Assembly (NCBI GenBank): GCA_964187785.1
Contig: OZ076409.1
Location: 45,696,001-45,760,000 of the forward strand
DNA length: 64,000 nucleotides
From: Amphiscolops sp. MND2022
Lineage: Eukaryota
Reading direction: 5' to 3'
This document shows, piece by piece, positions 63,201-64,000 of this stretch (within the stretch, counting starts at the first letter, position 1; each line of letters starts with the position of its first letter). The notes beneath the pieces are model-generated. The model did not search any database. It saw only the letters and a program-made list of their open reading frames with translations, and was not told the origin of the DNA. The position numbers and the translations under genes are program-made.

Positions 63201-64000
63201 CGCCTTTGCAGCAACAAACCATCACCAAACTCGAACTACCAGAAGCCCTTTTGGGTTCGCGTTTCGCTAACTTCCATTCAACGCGATCAGCGTCTAACAA
63301 TCAACGCGATCCACATTTGGACAGACAGCACAACTGTCTTACAATGGATCTATGGATCTCATCAACGTCTACAAGTTTTTGTTGCCAATAGGGTAGCGGA
63401 AAAACTCGAGAACACGCAAGCACATCATTGGAATCATTGTCCTGGTGAATGGAACCCCGCTGATGATGGTACACGCGGAATACCTTTTCGCGATTTTCAC
63501 TACAGTACTCGTTGGTTCCAAGGACCTGAGTTCTTGAAAAAATCAGCATCAGACTGGCCACTCAACCCTGCTCACCCGCAAGCATGTGCAAAAGTGAGCG
63601 CGTCCTTCTCATCAATTCGCACAAGAAGCCACAGACGTAGCCACAGATGACGCCGCAAACGTCGCAACAGATGATGCCGCAGCCGTAGCCACAGAAGAAA
63701 AAACAGCAGCAGAAGTAGCCACAGAAGAAGAAACAGCAGCAGAAGTAGCCACAAGAAGAAACAGAAGTAGCCAAGAGCGATGAAGGAAAACCCGGTGCCA
63801 GAAAGGCCACAGTAGTCGACACTGTGTCACTGTTGCCCAAAACTACTGCACGTATTACTGTCCCTGCTCACTATGACGCCAACACAACGAAGGAGACTCA
63901 TTTTGGTCAATTGCCATCATCAATTATACTTCTTTACCAGGACATCTCTTCGAGATCGTTTTTCCTCGTGAAAAAAATCAGTTCGAGTCACAGCTTTTGT
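57261..64000 (+). mobile_element. Degenerate BEL/Pao retrotransposon, same family as 13230-19080, antisense in a TAPT1 intron; runs off the window end
   Basis: Gag, knuckles, AFLDTGS, KPGKLRRV, CLNDMLLTGPDLL, ADIEAMYMQV, VFDPLG, VFTDAS, WTDST, NPADDGTRG. Confidence 0.95.
57553..62015. repeat. Tandem duplication, period 2235 bp, inside the BEL/Pao element
   Basis: ORFs repeat at 57823/60058 and 58050/60285; junction filler at 59781-59787. Confidence 0.96.

Overview
AT-rich, repeat-dense animal genomic DNA with spliceosomal GT-AG introns; the species cannot be determined from the sequence. Host genes: (1) a complete 13-exon Mediator subunit MED14 gene on the minus strand (49728->20177, 1388 aa by my exon assembly, phases consistent); (2) the last three exons of TAPT1, 3.5 kb upstream on the same strand; (3) an intronless, divergent caspase (6766-8145, -) with HFCRK in place of QACRG; (4) two probable 3' exons of an unidentified P/Q/M/G-rich gene (3567-4208, +). 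The rest is mostly transposable elements: a decayed Ty3/Gypsy fragment, two decayed BEL/Pao elements, a near-intact hAT transposon, hAT/Tc1/MULE/LINE remnants, MITEs with clear TSDs, and three families of non-autonomous Helentron-like (DINE-1/HINE architecture) elements. Most notable: several Helentron-like copies carry different tRNA-derived A-box/B-box cassettes at an equivalent position; the splice acceptor just upstream of the MED14 ATG lies in sequence also found in a repeat copy at 10 kb; a multi-layer nested insertion with a 3x1639-bp tandem sits in MED14 intron 2; and a hydrophobic upstream ORF is separated from the caspase by one in-frame TGA. All calls come from reading the sequence and remembered family motifs; no searches were run.
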